Positions 1 through 11,143 of a DNA stretch of 64,000 nt are shown here, in pieces. The notes beneath the pieces were generated by a model, which saw only the letters and a program-made list of their open reading frames with translations, had not been told where the DNA came from and searched no databases. The stretch is from the NCBI GenBank assembly GCA_963666285.1, contig OY762711.1. One strand, written 5' to 3'. The stretch's first letter is position 1, and every line of letters starts with the position of its first letter. A program made the translations under genes and the position numbers. The stretch is from Sedimentisphaerales bacterium. GTDB lineage: Bacteria; Planctomycetota; Phycisphaerae; Sedimentisphaerales; SM23-30.

Positions 1-192
1 CAAAACTTAACGATCACCACAAAGTACACAAATACCTTACAGACCAGGTAGCTCAAATTTATAATATGCTCAAAGCCGGCGAAAAACTCAACCCGATGCT
101 ATTATCAGATTTCTTGAAAGACTGGGCTTGAAAATCTTATCTTAAAAATTGATATGCATTATGCTAAGTTCAATCAAGGCGTACTTGTATAA
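1..192 (+). pseudogene. 3' end of a hemerythrin-like gene with an apparent +1 frameshift (partial, starts before the window)
   Basis: The frame from nt 3 reads KLNDHHKVHKYLTDQVAQIYNMLKAGEKLNPMLLSDFLKDWA* (stop 129-131). Removing one G from TGGG (123-126) gives ...FLKDWLENLILKIDMHYAKFNQGVLV* (stop 190-192), matching the hemerythrin HxxxH...WLxxHIxxxDxxY pattern. Confidence 0.65.
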
Positions 193-207
193 TTATTTTT
201 TCTCCAA

Positions 208-255
208 TAATACCTGGTACCTCTCAAACTGACCACCGGTCAGTTTAAGTTATTT
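208..255. repeat. Palindromic REP-like repeat, copy 1, with heptamer tract
   Basis: TAATACC TGGTACC followed by CTCAAACTGACC-acc-GGTCAGTTTAAG (223-249) and TTATTT. Confidence 0.85.
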
Positions 256-381
256 AACAGATACAGTTACGATGGACTTTCACCATAACAGCCTTTCTTA
301 TTTGCATTCTGTTACATAATGTTGCATAATTATATTGTGTTATTTTCTGACAATCACTAACAACTGACTGATAACTGTACT

Positions 382-1809
382 ATGAAAAAATACGAAATGA
401 TTATGGATCGTGTCATCGGCCTGATTGACGGCGGTATCATTAACGAAGGCGACAAGGTTCCTTCTGTTCGCGCTATGTCCGGTCAGATGAATGTTGGTGT
501 TATGACCACACTTGAAGCATACCGCAGACTTGAAGCTAAAGGGGTCATAGAAAGCCTGCCTCGCAGCGGATATATCGTATGCCCGCCCTCGCTCAAACGG
601 TTTGATATCAGCATAAAGCTTCCAGAAGCCAGACTGAGCGATATATCTGTCCAGGAAAAAACCGTCAGAATTCCGGAAGAAACAGACGCTCTCTTCAAGT
701 CTGTCACCCAGCCCGGCATGATTCCTCTCGGCGCCGGCATGCCCGACCCTTCCGACCTGCCTAGCGAAGAACTCAGCCAGTCGCTCGCACGCGTATCACG
801 TACATGGCCGCTTGATAACAATCAATACTTCCTCGGCTCTGGCGACAAAGGGCTTGTCAAGGAACTTAATAAATGGATGATCCAGACTGGCTGCACACCT
901 GCCCATGACGAACTTACTGTTACCCAGGGGATAACCCAGGCTCTCACCCTCGCACTGCGAGCTGTTTCCAAACCCGGCGACACCGTCCTGGTCGAATCGC
1001 CCGGATATTATGGTTTCTACACCCTGCTGGAATTCCTTAGCTTAAAAGCTGTCGAAGTACCGGTTGACCCTACCACCGGCATCAACATTGACGCCCTCAA
1101 CAAAATGCTGAAAAATAAAATCAAGGCAAAAGCACTGCTCTGCTCGCCTACTTTTTCAAACCCAACCGGTGCCGTTATACCTGCTGACAATCGACAGAAA
1201 CTCATCGAGCTTGCCCAAAAGCACAAGTTTGTCATTATCGAAGACGACACCTACGGGGAATTATATTTTAGTAAAAAACGCCCGGAACCGCCGCTTAAAG
1301 CTATAGATCCGGAAAACATTATACATCTCGGCAGTTTCAGTAAAATCATTGCCCCCGGCTATCGCATCGGATGGGCTGCTGGCGGAAGATACACCGAAGA
1401 TATACGCAGATGCTTCAGAATGTCGGTTCTAGCCTCACCTATTGTCATCCAGAAAGCCCTCGCTGACTATCTCAAACGCGGCGGGGTCAAACAGCATATG
1501 CGCAGACTACGCGACAAATACCGGCAGAATGTAGCTCTAACCCAGAGCATTATCGCTGATTTTTTCCCTGAAGGTACCCGCACCGCAAACCCTGCCGGTG
1601 GTCATTACTTATGGGTAGAACTGCCAGAAAATATTGATTCTGTCATTCTGGCTGAAAAAGCCCTTAAAAAGAAAATATCGATCGCTCCCGGCGTACTGTT
1701 TTCTTCCCGCAAACATTATAGAAACTATCTGAGACTAAACTGCGGACTCAAATGTTCCGAGAAAGTCATTAAAGCTCTTAAAACCGTCGGCGATCTGGCG
1801 AGAAACTAA
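382..1809 (+). CDS. MocR/GabR family (GntR HTH + PLP aminotransferase domain) transcriptional regulator
   Basis: N-terminal GntR HTH (GDKVPSVRAMS...AYRRLEAKGVI); class I/II aminotransferase motifs PTFSNPTG, IIEDDTYGEL, GSFSKIIAPGYRIGW. Confidence 0.92.
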   Translation: MKKYEMIMDRVIGLIDGGIINEGDKVPSVRAMSGQMNVGVMTTLEAYRRLEAKGVIESLPRSGYIVCPPSLKRFDISIKLPEARLSDISVQEKTVRIPEETDALFKSVTQPGMIPLGAGMPDPSDLPSEELSQSLARVSRTWPLDNNQYFLGSGDKGLVKELNKWMIQTGCTPAHDELTVTQGITQALTLALRAVSKPGDTVLVESPGYYGFYTLLEFLSLKAVEVPVDPTTGINIDALNKMLKNKIKAKALLCSPTFSNPTGAVIPADNRQKLIELAQKHKFVIIEDDTYGELYFSKKRPEPPLKAIDPENIIHLGSFSKIIAPGYRIGWAAGGRYTEDIRRCFRMSVLASPIVIQKALADYLKRGGVKQHMRRLRDKYRQNVALTQSIIADFFPEGTRTANPAGGHYLWVELPENIDSVILAEKALKKKISIAPGVLFSSRKHYRNYLRLNCGLKCSEKVIKALKTVGDLARN

Positions 1810-2029
1810 CTCCAATAAGTCCGAAAAAGTCACTTCACCTGAATCAAAATCAATAACAACTGCGATATATTGGCAATACATTTTGCATCGAATTTGTTGG
1901 AAAAACAAATACTAAAGCAAATATGCCAAAAACAAAAATGATTGATATGCCAATAATCTTTGTTTTCTTTTTCAGAGTTGTCATAATTCACAATTCATAA
2001 TTTACCCAAACTAACTGATTGGGGACTAC

Positions 2030-2105
2030 TTACCCTTATGCCTTATCTCTTATCTCTTATGCATTATGCCTCTCAAACTGACCATCGGTCAGTTTGAGTT
2101 ATTTA
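2030..2105. repeat. Palindromic REP-like repeat, copy 2, with heptamer tract
   Basis: TTATGCC/TTATCTC/TTATCTC/TTATGCA/TTATGCC heptamers, then a perfect 12-bp stem CTCAAACTGACC-atc-GGTCAGTTTGAG (2072-2098) and TTATTT. Confidence 0.88.
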
Positions 2106-3845
2106 ATTTTCACCTGACAGTTCGTCTGCATCGAAATTTTCAGGAGCTGGTGGAATATCTGATGAAGACTGATTAGCTGCCGCCGGCAGAATAGCCGACA
2201 TTTCCTGGTAAATATGAACATCTCGCTGTGGGAATGGAATTGAGATATCGTTATTGTCAAACCGTTCTTTTACTGCACGGGTAATATCCCAATATACTTT
2301 CCAGTAATCAGAAGTGTTGGTCCACGGACGACAAACAAAATTAACCGAGGAATCAGCCAGCTCGTGCATGCGAATTACCGGCTCAGGGTCTTTAAGGACA
2401 AGTTCGTGAGACACAACAATATCTTCGAGAATTGATTGTGCCTTGGAAATGTCATCAGAATAGCTGATACCAAACACCATGTCAACCCGACGGGTGCTGC
2501 TGCCGGTAACATTAGTTATAACTCCGCCCCAGATAGAGCCGTTAGGAACAACAACGATCTGGTTGTCAAAAGTCTTTACCGTAGTGGTATTAAGATTCAT
2601 CGAAGCAACCACACCAGTCACTCCTGCTGCACTTACTACATCACCGACATCATACGGACGGTGCATAAGGATCATAATTCCCGCGGCAAAATTGTTCAGT
2701 GTCCCCTGCAGGGCAAAACCGATAATAAAACCTATAGCTCCGATACCTGCAACCAGCGGGCCGATATCAATTCCCAGCATTGAAAGGGCAACAACAAAAC
2801 CAATTATCATGGTAACTTTTGATACTGTATTACTGAAAAATTCCTTGAGCAAATCAGAACTGCCTTTATGAATTTTCATCGCATGGCGGGTCATCGAACT
2901 TAGGAAAACTGCCAGGATCTTAAATACAACAACTATCAGAACAAAGCAGATAATATTCCAGCCCCAGCGGATCCCGCCTTCTGGCGAGGTCAGCCAGCCG
3001 ATTATTAAAGCTTTTGTTGCCGATACATCCTTTACATCAACCTTTATACCGGAAACAGCTGCTATATACTTTTCGTATTCATCGATCTCACCGCCTTTGC
3101 CTTTCAATGACTGAATGACAATTGAGCATCGGTCAACCAGTGCGGTCTGTTCTTCACGCAATTTATTTAATTGTGCCAGCAGATGTTCTTTTACCTTGCC
3201 GTGTAACTCTACCTCGGCATCTGCCACTTTTTGAACCTTATCCTCAATCTTTATATCTGCTTTTTCCAGTGACTCGGCTGTCTCCTCCAGTTTGGCCTTT
3301 GCTGCTTCTACTTCTCCAGCACTCGCAATCACTTCTTTTTCAGAAGCTCGCACTTCTTTACCTTCACCATTAGCAGCTTTATCAGCAATAGCTTGACTCA
3401 CTTCCTGAGTTTTCTGATCGATTTCCTCGGTTTTTTCCTTGAGAGCCGCTATGTTTTTATTCAATTCTTCTTTTACAACCAGTTCATCAGTTGATTGATT
3501 TCCTGCTGCATCTGCCGCCTTATCGCCATTTTTAATCTGGTCAATTTTATCTTTCGCTCCATCTATCGCCTTGGTGATGTCTCGATTTACATTTTTGACC
3601 TCGATCTCCTTCAGACCTATCTCTCGAACTTTTTCTTCCAGCAGACTAAACCACGCTTCGGTTTCAATAAGAAGCTGCTCTTTCCGCAGCGGCTTAAGTA
3701 ATAACCCAAGATCTTCTACCGGGATATTAGGGTTATCAACCGTCACTGCCGCATCTGCACCCTGCTCCGCTGAAAACGCAGGCATAACATTAAATACCAA
3801 CAGAAACAACACGAAAATCTTGATAGTTTTATATTTCTTAATCAT
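2103..3845 (-). CDS. MscS family mechanosensitive channel with signal peptide and long N-terminal coiled-coil region
   Basis: C-terminal MscS core (IGFALQGTLNNFAAGIMILMHRPYDVGD, RRVDMVFGISYSDDI, ISIPFPQRDVH). The likely start is MIKKYK at 3845; the ORF track starts at 3890. Confidence 0.88.
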   Translation of the reverse strand: MIKKYKTIKIFVLFLLVFNVMPAFSAEQGADAAVTVDNPNIPVEDLGLLLKPLRKEQLLIETEAWFSLLEEKVREIGLKEIEVKNVNRDITKAIDGAKDKIDQIKNGDKAADAAGNQSTDELVVKEELNKNIAALKEKTEEIDQKTQEVSQAIADKAANGEGKEVRASEKEVIASAGEVEAAKAKLEETAESLEKADIKIEDKVQKVADAEVELHGKVKEHLLAQLNKLREEQTALVDRCSIVIQSLKGKGGEIDEYEKYIAAVSGIKVDVKDVSATKALIIGWLTSPEGGIRWGWNIICFVLIVVVFKILAVFLSSMTRHAMKIHKGSSDLLKEFFSNTVSKVTMIIGFVVALSMLGIDIGPLVAGIGAIGFIIGFALQGTLNNFAAGIMILMHRPYDVGDVVSAAGVTGVVASMNLNTTTVKTFDNQIVVVPNGSIWGGVITNVTGSSTRRVDMVFGISYSDDISKAQSILEDIVVSHELVLKDPEPVIRMHELADSSVNFVCRPWTNTSDYWKVYWDITRAVKERFDNNDISIPFPQRDVHIYQEMSAILPAAANQSSSDIPPAPENFDADELSGEN

Positions 3846-4086
3846 TTTTCTTCCTATTTCATTCAATTGATGTATGTTTTTTTCACACAATATTGTTCAA
3901 AGTTAAACAGAGCTTATATATATCCGTAATTATATGAAACTCTGATACAAAAATTATTAACAAAACAGCATTTCATGTCAAATTAATAATGCAATAAAGT
4001 TTAATTACTCAAAGTGACCGATTTTACATTTTTTATTGCTATAACACAATTCATTGCAAATTGTTACATTAATGATTTAATTAGCC

Positions 4087-4172
4087 TGCCGCTTTGCGGC
4101 AAACCTTCCCTAATACCAAATAACTAATACCTAATACCTCTCAAACTGGCCATCGGTCAGTTTGAGTTAATT
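4087..4172. repeat. Palindromic REP-like repeat, copy 3, with heptamer tract
   Basis: TGCCGC-ttt-GCGGCA mini-hairpin, TAATACC/AAATAAC/TAATACC/TAATACC (4111-4138), stem CTCAAACTGGCC-atc-GGTCAGTTTGAG (4140-4166). Confidence 0.88.
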
Positions 4173-4232
4173 ATTACCGTATGCCTGTTCGCAACTTGTT
4201 ATTTTTCCAGAATAGCATTTATTACTCATTAT

Positions 4233-6233
4233 TTATTTACCCTTCCCCCTCTTTTTCTTCCCAATTTCCGGTGCGTCTTTCAATTCCTGTATCTGGTCTC
4301 GCAGTTTGGCAGCTTTTTCGAACTCCATTGCCTCAGCAGCAGCAAACATCTCCTTCTCAAGAGTCGCCAATAGCTCTTCACGGTCGTATTCGCTGCCATC
4401 CCGGGCGATAACTTCCTCGGCCAGCTTCTTCGCCTGGAACTCTGTCTCAAGCGATTTACGTATAGCCTTCTGAATCGTCTGTGGTGTTATGCCATGAGTT
4501 TCATTATATTCAAGCTGCAACTGCCGTCTGCGCGATGTCTCATCCATTGCCCGCTGCATCGAGTCTGTTACCTTATCGGCATACAATATTACCTGGGCAT
4601 TCACATTACGGGCTGTACGACCGATTGTCTGGATCAGCGAGGTCTCACTTCTCAGGAAACCTTCCTTATCAGCATCCAGGATACCGACCAGCGATACTTC
4701 CGGCAAATCCAAACCCTCTCTTAGAAGGTTTACACCTACCAACACATCAAATTCTCCCTCACGCAGCTGCCGCAGGATATTCACACGCTCCAGCGTATCA
4801 ATTTCACTATGCAAATATGCACACCGGAAGCCTTTATCTTTTATGAAGTTACTCAAATCCTCAGCCAGCCGTTTGGTCAGAACCGTAACCAGAACTCGCT
4901 CATTTTTGGCAACCCGTTTTTCGATCTCACCCAATAAATGCGGAACCTGCTCACTGGCCGATTCGATTGATATCTCAGGATCCAGCAGCCCGGTCGGACG
5001 AATTACCTGCTCTACCACATGCCCGCCGCATAGGTCAAGCTCGTACGGACCAGGCGTTGCAGAGACAAATATTACCCTATCCCAGCTCTTTTCAAATTCT
5101 TCATATTGGAGCGGCCTGTTATCCATCGCACTTGGCAAACGAAATCCATGATCTACCAGTACCTGCTTTCGGCTCCTGTCCCCGGCATACATCGCTCGTA
5201 ACTGCGGTATCGTGACATGTGATTCATCTATCAGCATCAAAAAATCGTCCGGAAAATAGTCCAGCAGCGTAAACGGCTTACTGCCTGGCTGCAGCCCGGC
5301 CATATGCCTGGCATAATTCTCTATACCGCTGCAATAACCAACCTCTCGGATCATTTCAATATCATAACGGGTACGCGCATTCAATCTCTGAGCCTCCAGC
5401 AGCTTACCCTCATTCCGCAACTGGTACAACCTGCTCTTCAGCTCTTTCTCGATTGATGCTGTTGCTTCCTCTATCCTGTCTTCAGGCATAACATAATGTT
5501 TGGCCGGATAGATAAAATACTGCGTTTCCTCGGCCAGCACCTCTCCACTAACAGGATTAATCAGTGAAATACCCTCGATTTCATCGCCAAAAAACTCTAC
5601 CCGAACGGCAAATTGGCCGTATGCCGGCCAGATCTCAACCACATCACCTCGTACACGGAAATTACCACGCTCAAATGCTATATCATTTCGTTCATAACTT
5701 ATACTCGTCAGATCGAGCAAAACCTGGTCTCGATCAACTTCCAGCCCCACACGCAACGCTACAATGTAATTTTTATAGTCATCCGGACTGCCCAGACCAA
5801 AAATACAAGACACGCTGGCAACCACAATCGTATCAGGCCTGCTCAAAAGCGACGTTGTTGTACTCAATCGCAGCCTGTCCAAATCATCATTACGGGATGC
5901 GTCCTTCTCTATATAGATATCTCGCTGCGGAATATAAGCTTCCGGCTGATAATAGTCGTAATAACTGACAAAATACTCTACCGCATTCTCCGGAAAAATC
6001 TCCTTAAACTCTTCATACAGCTGAGCCGCTAATGTTTTATTATGACTTACAACCAGTGCAGGTCGATCATATTTTTCTATAACATTAGCCATAGTAAAGG
6101 TTTTACCGGAACCGGTAACACCCATAAGAGTCTGAAACTTACTCTGGCTATTAAGGCCTTCATACAGCTCTTCAATCGCCTTAGGCTGATCTCCTGCCGG
6201 ACCATATTCACTTCTTATCTTAAATACTGACAT
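4233..6233 (-). CDS. uvrB: Excinuclease ABC subunit B
   Basis: [54 protein letters not shown]-terminal UVR domain ([13 protein letters not shown]). Confidence 0.98.
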   Translation of the reverse strand: MSVFKIRSEYGPAGDQPKAIEELYEGLNSQSKFQTLMGVTGSGKTFTMANVIEKYDRPALVVSHNKTLAAQLYEEFKEIFPENAVEYFVSYYDYYQPEAYIPQRDIYIEKDASRNDDLDRLRLSTTTSLLSRPDTIVVASVSCIFGLGSPDDYKNYIVALRVGLEVDRDQVLLDLTSISYERNDIAFERGNFRVRGDVVEIWPAYGQFAVRVEFFGDEIEGISLINPVSGEVLAEETQYFIYPAKHYVMPEDRIEEATASIEKELKSRLYQLRNEGKLLEAQRLNARTRYDIEMIREVGYCSGIENYARHMAGLQPGSKPFTLLDYFPDDFLMLIDESHVTIPQLRAMYAGDRSRKQVLVDHGFRLPSAMDNRPLQYEEFEKSWDRVIFVSATPGPYELDLCGGHVVEQVIRPTGLLDPEISIESASEQVPHLLGEIEKRVAKNERVLVTVLTKRLAEDLSNFIKDKGFRCAYLHSEIDTLERVNILRQLREGEFDVLVGVNLLREGLDLPEVSLVGILDADKEGFLRSETSLIQTIGRTARNVNAQVILYADKVTDSMQRAMDETSRRRQLQLEYNETHGITPQTIQKAIRKSLETEFQAKKLAEEVIARDGSEYDREELLATLEKEMFAAAEAMEFEKAAKLRDQIQELKDAPEIGKKKRGKGK

Positions 6234-6252
6234 TAATATTTATTTCTCTCTC

Positions 6253-6327
6253 TGCGGCATTCCCTGCCTAATACCAAAAAGCTATATCTGATACCTTTCA
6301 AACTGACCATTAGTCAGTTTGAGTAAT
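6253..6327. repeat. Palindromic REP-like repeat, copy 4, overlapping the sulfatase stop codon
   Basis: TGCGGCA...TAATACC AAAAAGC TATATC TGATACC, then TTCAAACTGACC-att-AGTCAGTTTGAG (6297-6323). Confidence 0.85.
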
Positions 6328-7759
6328 AGACATTATTCAATCTCGTTTTCAGTTCTGTTGTTAACGTTTGTACCACACTGGGTTCTTTTTCAGCCAGATT
6401 CACTGTCTCTTTTTCTTTTGTCCTGTGGTCATACAATCTTACATCTCCATTTTTATTGAGTATAAGACGGTAGTTTTTAGACCTGATACTTTGGAAACCT
6501 CCCCAATACGATACAGCATAACCACTTTCAATTTCAGGACTTTCCAGTACAGGCTTAAGCGAACTGCCATCTGCAAATTCAGGTACTTCCAATCCGGATA
6601 ACTCGCATAGTGTTGGGAAAATGTCAATAGTATTAACAATTGCATTTGTTTCACTGCCAGTGTTTTTCATTCCCGGATAAGACAAAATCAGAGGAGAGTG
6701 TAAAGCCTCTTCATATAGAGTATGCTTACCCCAGATATGATGCTCGCCCAAATGCCACCCATGATCACCCCACAAAACAATAATGGTATTTTTGTCTGCT
6801 CCGACTTCTTTCAATTTCTTCATCACTTTTCCTACCTGGGCATCGGCATAACTCACACAGGAGGCATAATGACGTCTTACCTCATCGGCAAATTCAATAT
6901 CAATATTAGGATTTTTACCCCAGCGATTGTATTGCATAAACTCGCCGGATCCATGCCAGATAAAAGTATCTTCCGGCTTTGCATAAAACGGTATCGCTGG
7001 TAGCTTCATATCCTTATAGATATCATAATACTCTGCCGGACAGCCAAAAGGCAAATGCGGCTTGATTATTCCAACTGCCAGGAAAAATGGTTTGCCTGAA
7101 CCTGCCAACATGTCCAGCTGTTTTAACCCTTCTTCAACTATTAAACCATCAGGATAAATAGTATCTGGCCCTTCAACAGCCTGAAAAACATCAGTTTTAC
7201 CGGATTTCTCGCGTTTCTCGCCGTGGGCCAGGCCGTGCATCGCACCTCGCGGATGCTCCCATTCTCCCACCGGCATAAGAAGCTTATCCCAGGCTTCCGG
7301 CATCTCAATTATCAATTCGTCATCCCAGTTATTTCCACCCATCCCGCCCGGATGATGCGAGACCTTTCCTACAGATACGGTTGTATAACCATGCGTCTTA
7401 AACCATTCAGGCATACTTGGAGGAACAGAAGCAGGATCTTCCTTCATTTTCTTAGCTCTGAAAAATAACGCATTGTTATTTGATGTTGATCCATATTTAC
7501 CAGTAAGCATCGCATATCTGGAAGGCCCACAGCTGGGAGCCTGCACATAATGACGATTAAACTTCAATCCATTTTCAGCCAGGGAATCGATATTCGGTGA
7601 TTTTATAAATGGTTTTCCAAAGCAGTTCAGCTCGGTGCGAAGGTCATCAATACATAAGATCAATACATTCAACCTCTTAGACTGATGTTCCATATTTGAC
7701 TCTAAACCAAATGCATTTACTACCAGCATAAATATAAATATTACAATTAGCTTTTTCAT
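6314..7759 (-). CDS. Secreted formylglycine-dependent sulfatase (iduronate-2-sulfatase-like)
   Basis: Signal peptide; [16 protein letters not shown] (CxPxR motif), [21 protein letters not shown]. Confidence 0.93.
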   Translation of the reverse strand: MKKLIVIFIFMLVVNAFGLESNMEHQSKRLNVLILCIDDLRTELNCFGKPFIKSPNIDSLAENGLKFNRHYVQAPSCGPSRYAMLTGKYGSTSNNNALFFRAKKMKEDPASVPPSMPEWFKTHGYTTVSVGKVSHHPGGMGGNNWDDELIIEMPEAWDKLLMPVGEWEHPRGAMHGLAHGEKREKSGKTDVFQAVEGPDTIYPDGLIVEEGLKQLDMLAGSGKPFFLAVGIIKPHLPFGCPAEYYDIYKDMKLPAIPFYAKPEDTFIWHGSGEFMQYNRWGKNPNIDIEFADEVRRHYASCVSYADAQVGKVMKKLKEVGADKNTIIVLWGDHGWHLGEHHIWGKHTLYEEALHSPLILSYPGMKNTGSETNAIVNTIDIFPTLCELSGLEVPEFADGSSLKPVLESPEIESGYAVSYWGGFQSIRSKNYRLILNKNGDVRLYDHRTKEKETVNLAEKEPSVVQTLTTELKTRLNNVYYSN

Positions 7760-7787
7760 TAAATTCCTACTAATACGTCATGATTTT

Positions 7788-8741
7788 TTATTTTTCCCCA
7801 ACTTTTTCCATCCGTTCACATTCCCGGCTTATTTCACTCAATAATGAGGTTTCATCTGAAGTATCCTGACTAATCTCCCAAATCATAACACCACCAATAT
7901 TATTTTCACAACAATAACGGATTTTCTTTTGCATTGTATCCGGTCCATTAAAGTAATATCCACCTACCTCATCAACATCCCTTTTGGGATTATATTTCTC
8001 AACTAACTGATTGTACCCCATACTATTTCCAAAATCTTCAATCATGCGGCCATAAAATGGTACTCCCAAACACAATTTAGAACGATCAACACCATGCCCC
8101 ATAAAAAAATTAAGACTTTCGACTGCTTTATTATAAGTGGAATGTCTTTTTCCCTGATCATATGCCATAATATGCACTCTATCTAAAGCCTGGTACGCTT
8201 CTTTTGATAACTTCTGCCAGGGTGATAACGCGCATGTTACTAATATCCCATACGACTTTACTGCCTGCGATGTTTCAACTATCAATTTATTATAAGCCTG
8301 CTTCTGCTGCTCATTATCCGGAAACTCCCAATCATAATCTATCCCGTCAAATTTATATTTAAGACAAAGTTGATGTAAATCATTAATTAGCTTCTTTCTT
8401 AAACCATCATTTATACAAACAGATGCAAAATTCTTACATCTGCCCCAACCACCTATAGCTAATAATAGTCTAAAACCATGTTTTTGCTTTAATGAATGCA
8501 AATAATCGATATCAGATTGCTTAAGCCTTGATGTGTCTATTGTACCATCTAAAGAGGGCTCTACTGAAAAATATATAATATCTGTCAGTTTACCTGCAAT
8601 AGAATCGTCTACCTGCTTTACGTTATATGTCAAAAGATAACCAACAACTAGAAATTCGCGGTCTGATGAAGAATTGATTGATTCTCCTTTACAGAAGATA
8701 ATTACTGCAAACATAAAGCATGTAAATACTACATATCTCAT
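7788..8741 (-). CDS. GH18 chitinase-like glycoside hydrolase, secreted
   Basis: AIGGWG, catalytic DGIDYDWE (DxxDxDxE), MAYD, LGVPFYGR, GVMIWEISQD. Confidence 0.9.
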   Translation of the reverse strand: MRYVVFTCFMFAVIIFCKGESINSSSDREFLVVGYLLTYNVKQVDDSIAGKLTDIIYFSVEPSLDGTIDTSRLKQSDIDYLHSLKQKHGFRLLLAIGGWGRCKNFASVCINDGLRKKLINDLHQLCLKYKFDGIDYDWEFPDNEQQKQAYNKLIVETSQAVKSYGILVTCALSPWQKLSKEAYQALDRVHIMAYDQGKRHSTYNKAVESLNFFMGHGVDRSKLCLGVPFYGRMIEDFGNSMGYNQLVEKYNPKRDVDEVGGYYFNGPDTMQKKIRYCCENNIGGVMIWEISQDTSDETSLLSEISRECERMEKVGEK

Positions 8742-8922
8742 TTATTGTTTACCACCGGCGAAGCAAATCATAAATCGTTACTATATAAACAGCTACACAA
8801 ATATAACATTAAATACAAATAATAGATATTAAATGATTTAGACAATCTTTTCAAGCATAGAAAACTTACTTAACCAATTATGTTCTCATTATTCATAATT
8901 ATTATCTAAATCACTATTTATC

Positions 8923-8964
8923 AAAAAAATAAAGGCGAATAGTTCTATTCGAGCTATTCGCCTT
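8923..8964 (-). terminator. Intrinsic terminator downstream of fusA
   Basis: AAGGCGAATAG...CTATTCGCCTT stem followed by a T-run on the minus strand. Confidence 0.75.
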
Positions 8965-9022
8965 CTGTGCTTCAGTAAATTAATACTGTTTTTGGTCTTA
9001 TAAGAAAAGTAAAAGAATCTCT

Positions 9023-11143
9023 TTACTTCTTAGCCTTCGCTTCCTGCATTTGCTTACGTTTTGCAATTACTTCTTCAGCAATATTTGGCGGAACCTGAGC
9101 ATAACGTTTCATTTCCATACTGAATGTTGCCATACCTTTACTCAAACTACGAAGTATGGTAGCATAGCCAAACATACTGGAAAGTGGTACTTCAGCTTCA
9201 ATATTTGAGACATTTTCACGACTTTCAGCATTCATAACCATTCCGCGGCGACTGTTAAGATCACCAACAATAGCACCCTGGAACTCGGTTGGAGTCTCAA
9301 TGTCCACAGACATCATAGGCTCCTGCAGGCATGGTTTTGATTTCAAAAATGCCTGGTTAAACGCATCACGAGCAGCAATACGAAAAGCCATTTCACTTGA
9401 GTCAACATTATGGTAAGTACCATCATCAAGACACATTTTACAGTTAACTATCTGATAACCGGCAACAGGACCCTTAACCATAGCATCTTCAAATCCCTTG
9501 TTTACAGCAGGGATGTATTGTGATGGTATACGGCCACCGGAAATATTATCTTCGAATTCATATGGAGTTTCAGCGTCATCCGGCAATGGTATAAGACGAC
9601 CTACCACATGACCATACTGACCTGAACCACCAGATTGCTTCTTATGCTTGTAATCGTATTTAGCTTCAACTGTCGGAGACTCACGGTAACTAACACTTGG
9701 AGCACCAACTTCAACGTCAGCACGATATTCACGTCTCATACGTTCAATATATACATCCAAATGCAACTCACCCATACCAGCAATAACTGTCTCACCTGTT
9801 TCAGGATCTGTTGATACTCTGAAAGTTGGATCTTCTTTCATGAAACGGTTAAGAGCTTTACCCATTCTATCCTGAGCAGTTGTATCTTTAGGCTTAATTG
9901 ATAGACTAATTACAGGCTCAGCAACATAAATACTTTCAAGTGAGTAGTTAATACCATCACCACAGAAAGTGTCGCCACTGGCACAATCAACTGCAAGCAA
10001 TGCAACGATATCACCAGGACCGGCTGAATCAATATCTTCACGATCGTTAGCATGCATTAGAACCATACGACCTACGCGAATAGGCTTGTTTGTACGTGCA
10101 TTTTTATACATCGATCCTTTTTCAATCTTACCTTGATAAATTCGAGTATATGTCAGCTGACCAAAAGTTTCATCAGTCACCTTAAATGCCATTGCACATA
10201 GAGGAGCATCAGGATCGCTAGTTAGAGGCACTTCAGCACCATTATTGTCGTGATCACGAGCTGTGTTAATTCTATCAACCGGACTAGGAAGAAAACGACA
10301 TACTGCATCCAGCAGAGGCTGAATACCCTTATCTTTGAACGCTGTACCCATCATCATAGGTACAATATCACGATTGATAGTAGCTTCGCGAACAAGATCA
10401 TAAATACGATCTATAGTTGGAACCTGATCTTCAAGCAGCATTTCCATCAGCTCATCATCAAACATGCTGAGATTTTCCAGCATTTCATGACGTGCTTCTT
10501 CAGCTTTATCCAGATAATCGGCAGGAATATCATTTTCAACAACCTTTTCACCACGAGAACCTTCAAAAGTAAGGAACTTCATTTTAATCAGGTCAACAAC
10601 ACCTTTAAATTCTTCACCAGCACCAACATTAAGCTGTAAAGGCACAACATTCAGACCAAGCTTTTCCGCTATATCCTGCTTAACACGTTCAGGATCAGCA
10701 CCTGTACGGTCCATCTTATTAATAAATGCAATGCGAGGAACCTTATAACGCTTCATCTGGCGGTCAACAGTAACAGACTGACTCTGAACACCACCAACAG
10801 AACAAAGTACCATGATAGCTCCATCAAGAACACGCAAAGAACGCTCTACTTCAACTGTAAAGTCTACGTGACCAGGAGTATCGATAATATTTACTGTCTT
10901 ATCCTGCCATCTAACCTGAGTTGCAGCAGAAGTAATCGTTATACCTCTTTCACGCTCCAGTTCCATAAAGTCCATAGTGGCACCGCCATCGCCGCCTCTA
11001 ACTTCCTGGATTTTATGAATACGACCTGCATAGAACAGCATACGTTCTGTTAATGTGGTCTTACCCGAATCGATATGTGCAGATATACCGATATTCCTGA
11101 TGTTTCTGATATTTTCCATAATTTTTTCCTTGTCGGCATCCAT
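9023..11143 (-). CDS. fusA: Elongation factor G
   Basis: [63 protein letters not shown]. Confidence 0.97.
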   Translation of the reverse strand: MDADKEKIMENIRNIRNIGISAHIDSGKTTLTERMLFYAGRIHKIQEVRGGDGGATMDFMELERERGITITSAATQVRWQDKTVNIIDTPGHVDFTVEVERSLRVLDGAIMVLCSVGGVQSQSVTVDRQMKRYKVPRIAFINKMDRTGADPERVKQDIAEKLGLNVVPLQLNVGAGEEFKGVVDLIKMKFLTFEGSRGEKVVENDIPADYLDKAEEARHEMLENLSMFDDELMEMLLEDQVPTIDRIYDLVREATINRDIVPMMMGTAFKDKGIQPLLDAVCRFLPSPVDRINTARDHDNNGAEVPLTSDPDAPLCAMAFKVTDETFGQLTYTRIYQGKIEKGSMYKNARTNKPIRVGRMVLMHANDREDIDSAGPGDIVALLAVDCASGDTFCGDGINYSLESIYVAEPVISLSIKPKDTTAQDRMGKALNRFMKEDPTFRVSTDPETGETVIAGMGELHLDVYIERMRREYRADVEVGAPSVSYRESPTVEAKYDYKHKKQSGGSGQYGHVVGRLIPLPDDAETPYEFEDNISGGRIPSQYIPAVNKGFEDAMVKGPVAGYQIVNCKMCLDDGTYHNVDSSEMAFRIAARDAFNQAFLKSKPCLQEPMMSVDIETPTEFQGAIVGDLNSRRGMVMNAESRENVSNIEAEVPLSSMFGYATILRSLSKGMATFSMEMKRYAQVPPNIAEEVIAKRKQMQEAKAKK

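Noticed and set aside
208..6327. Regularly spaced palindromic repeats read as a CRISPR array
   Set aside because: The spacing is about 2 kb with whole genes in between, not 30-40-bp spacers, and there are no cas genes in the window.
208..6327. The same repeats read as classical integron attC sites
   Set aside because: There are no RYYYAAC/GTTRRRY core boxes or extrahelical-base pattern, the genes differ in orientation and include uvrB, and no integrase is visible.
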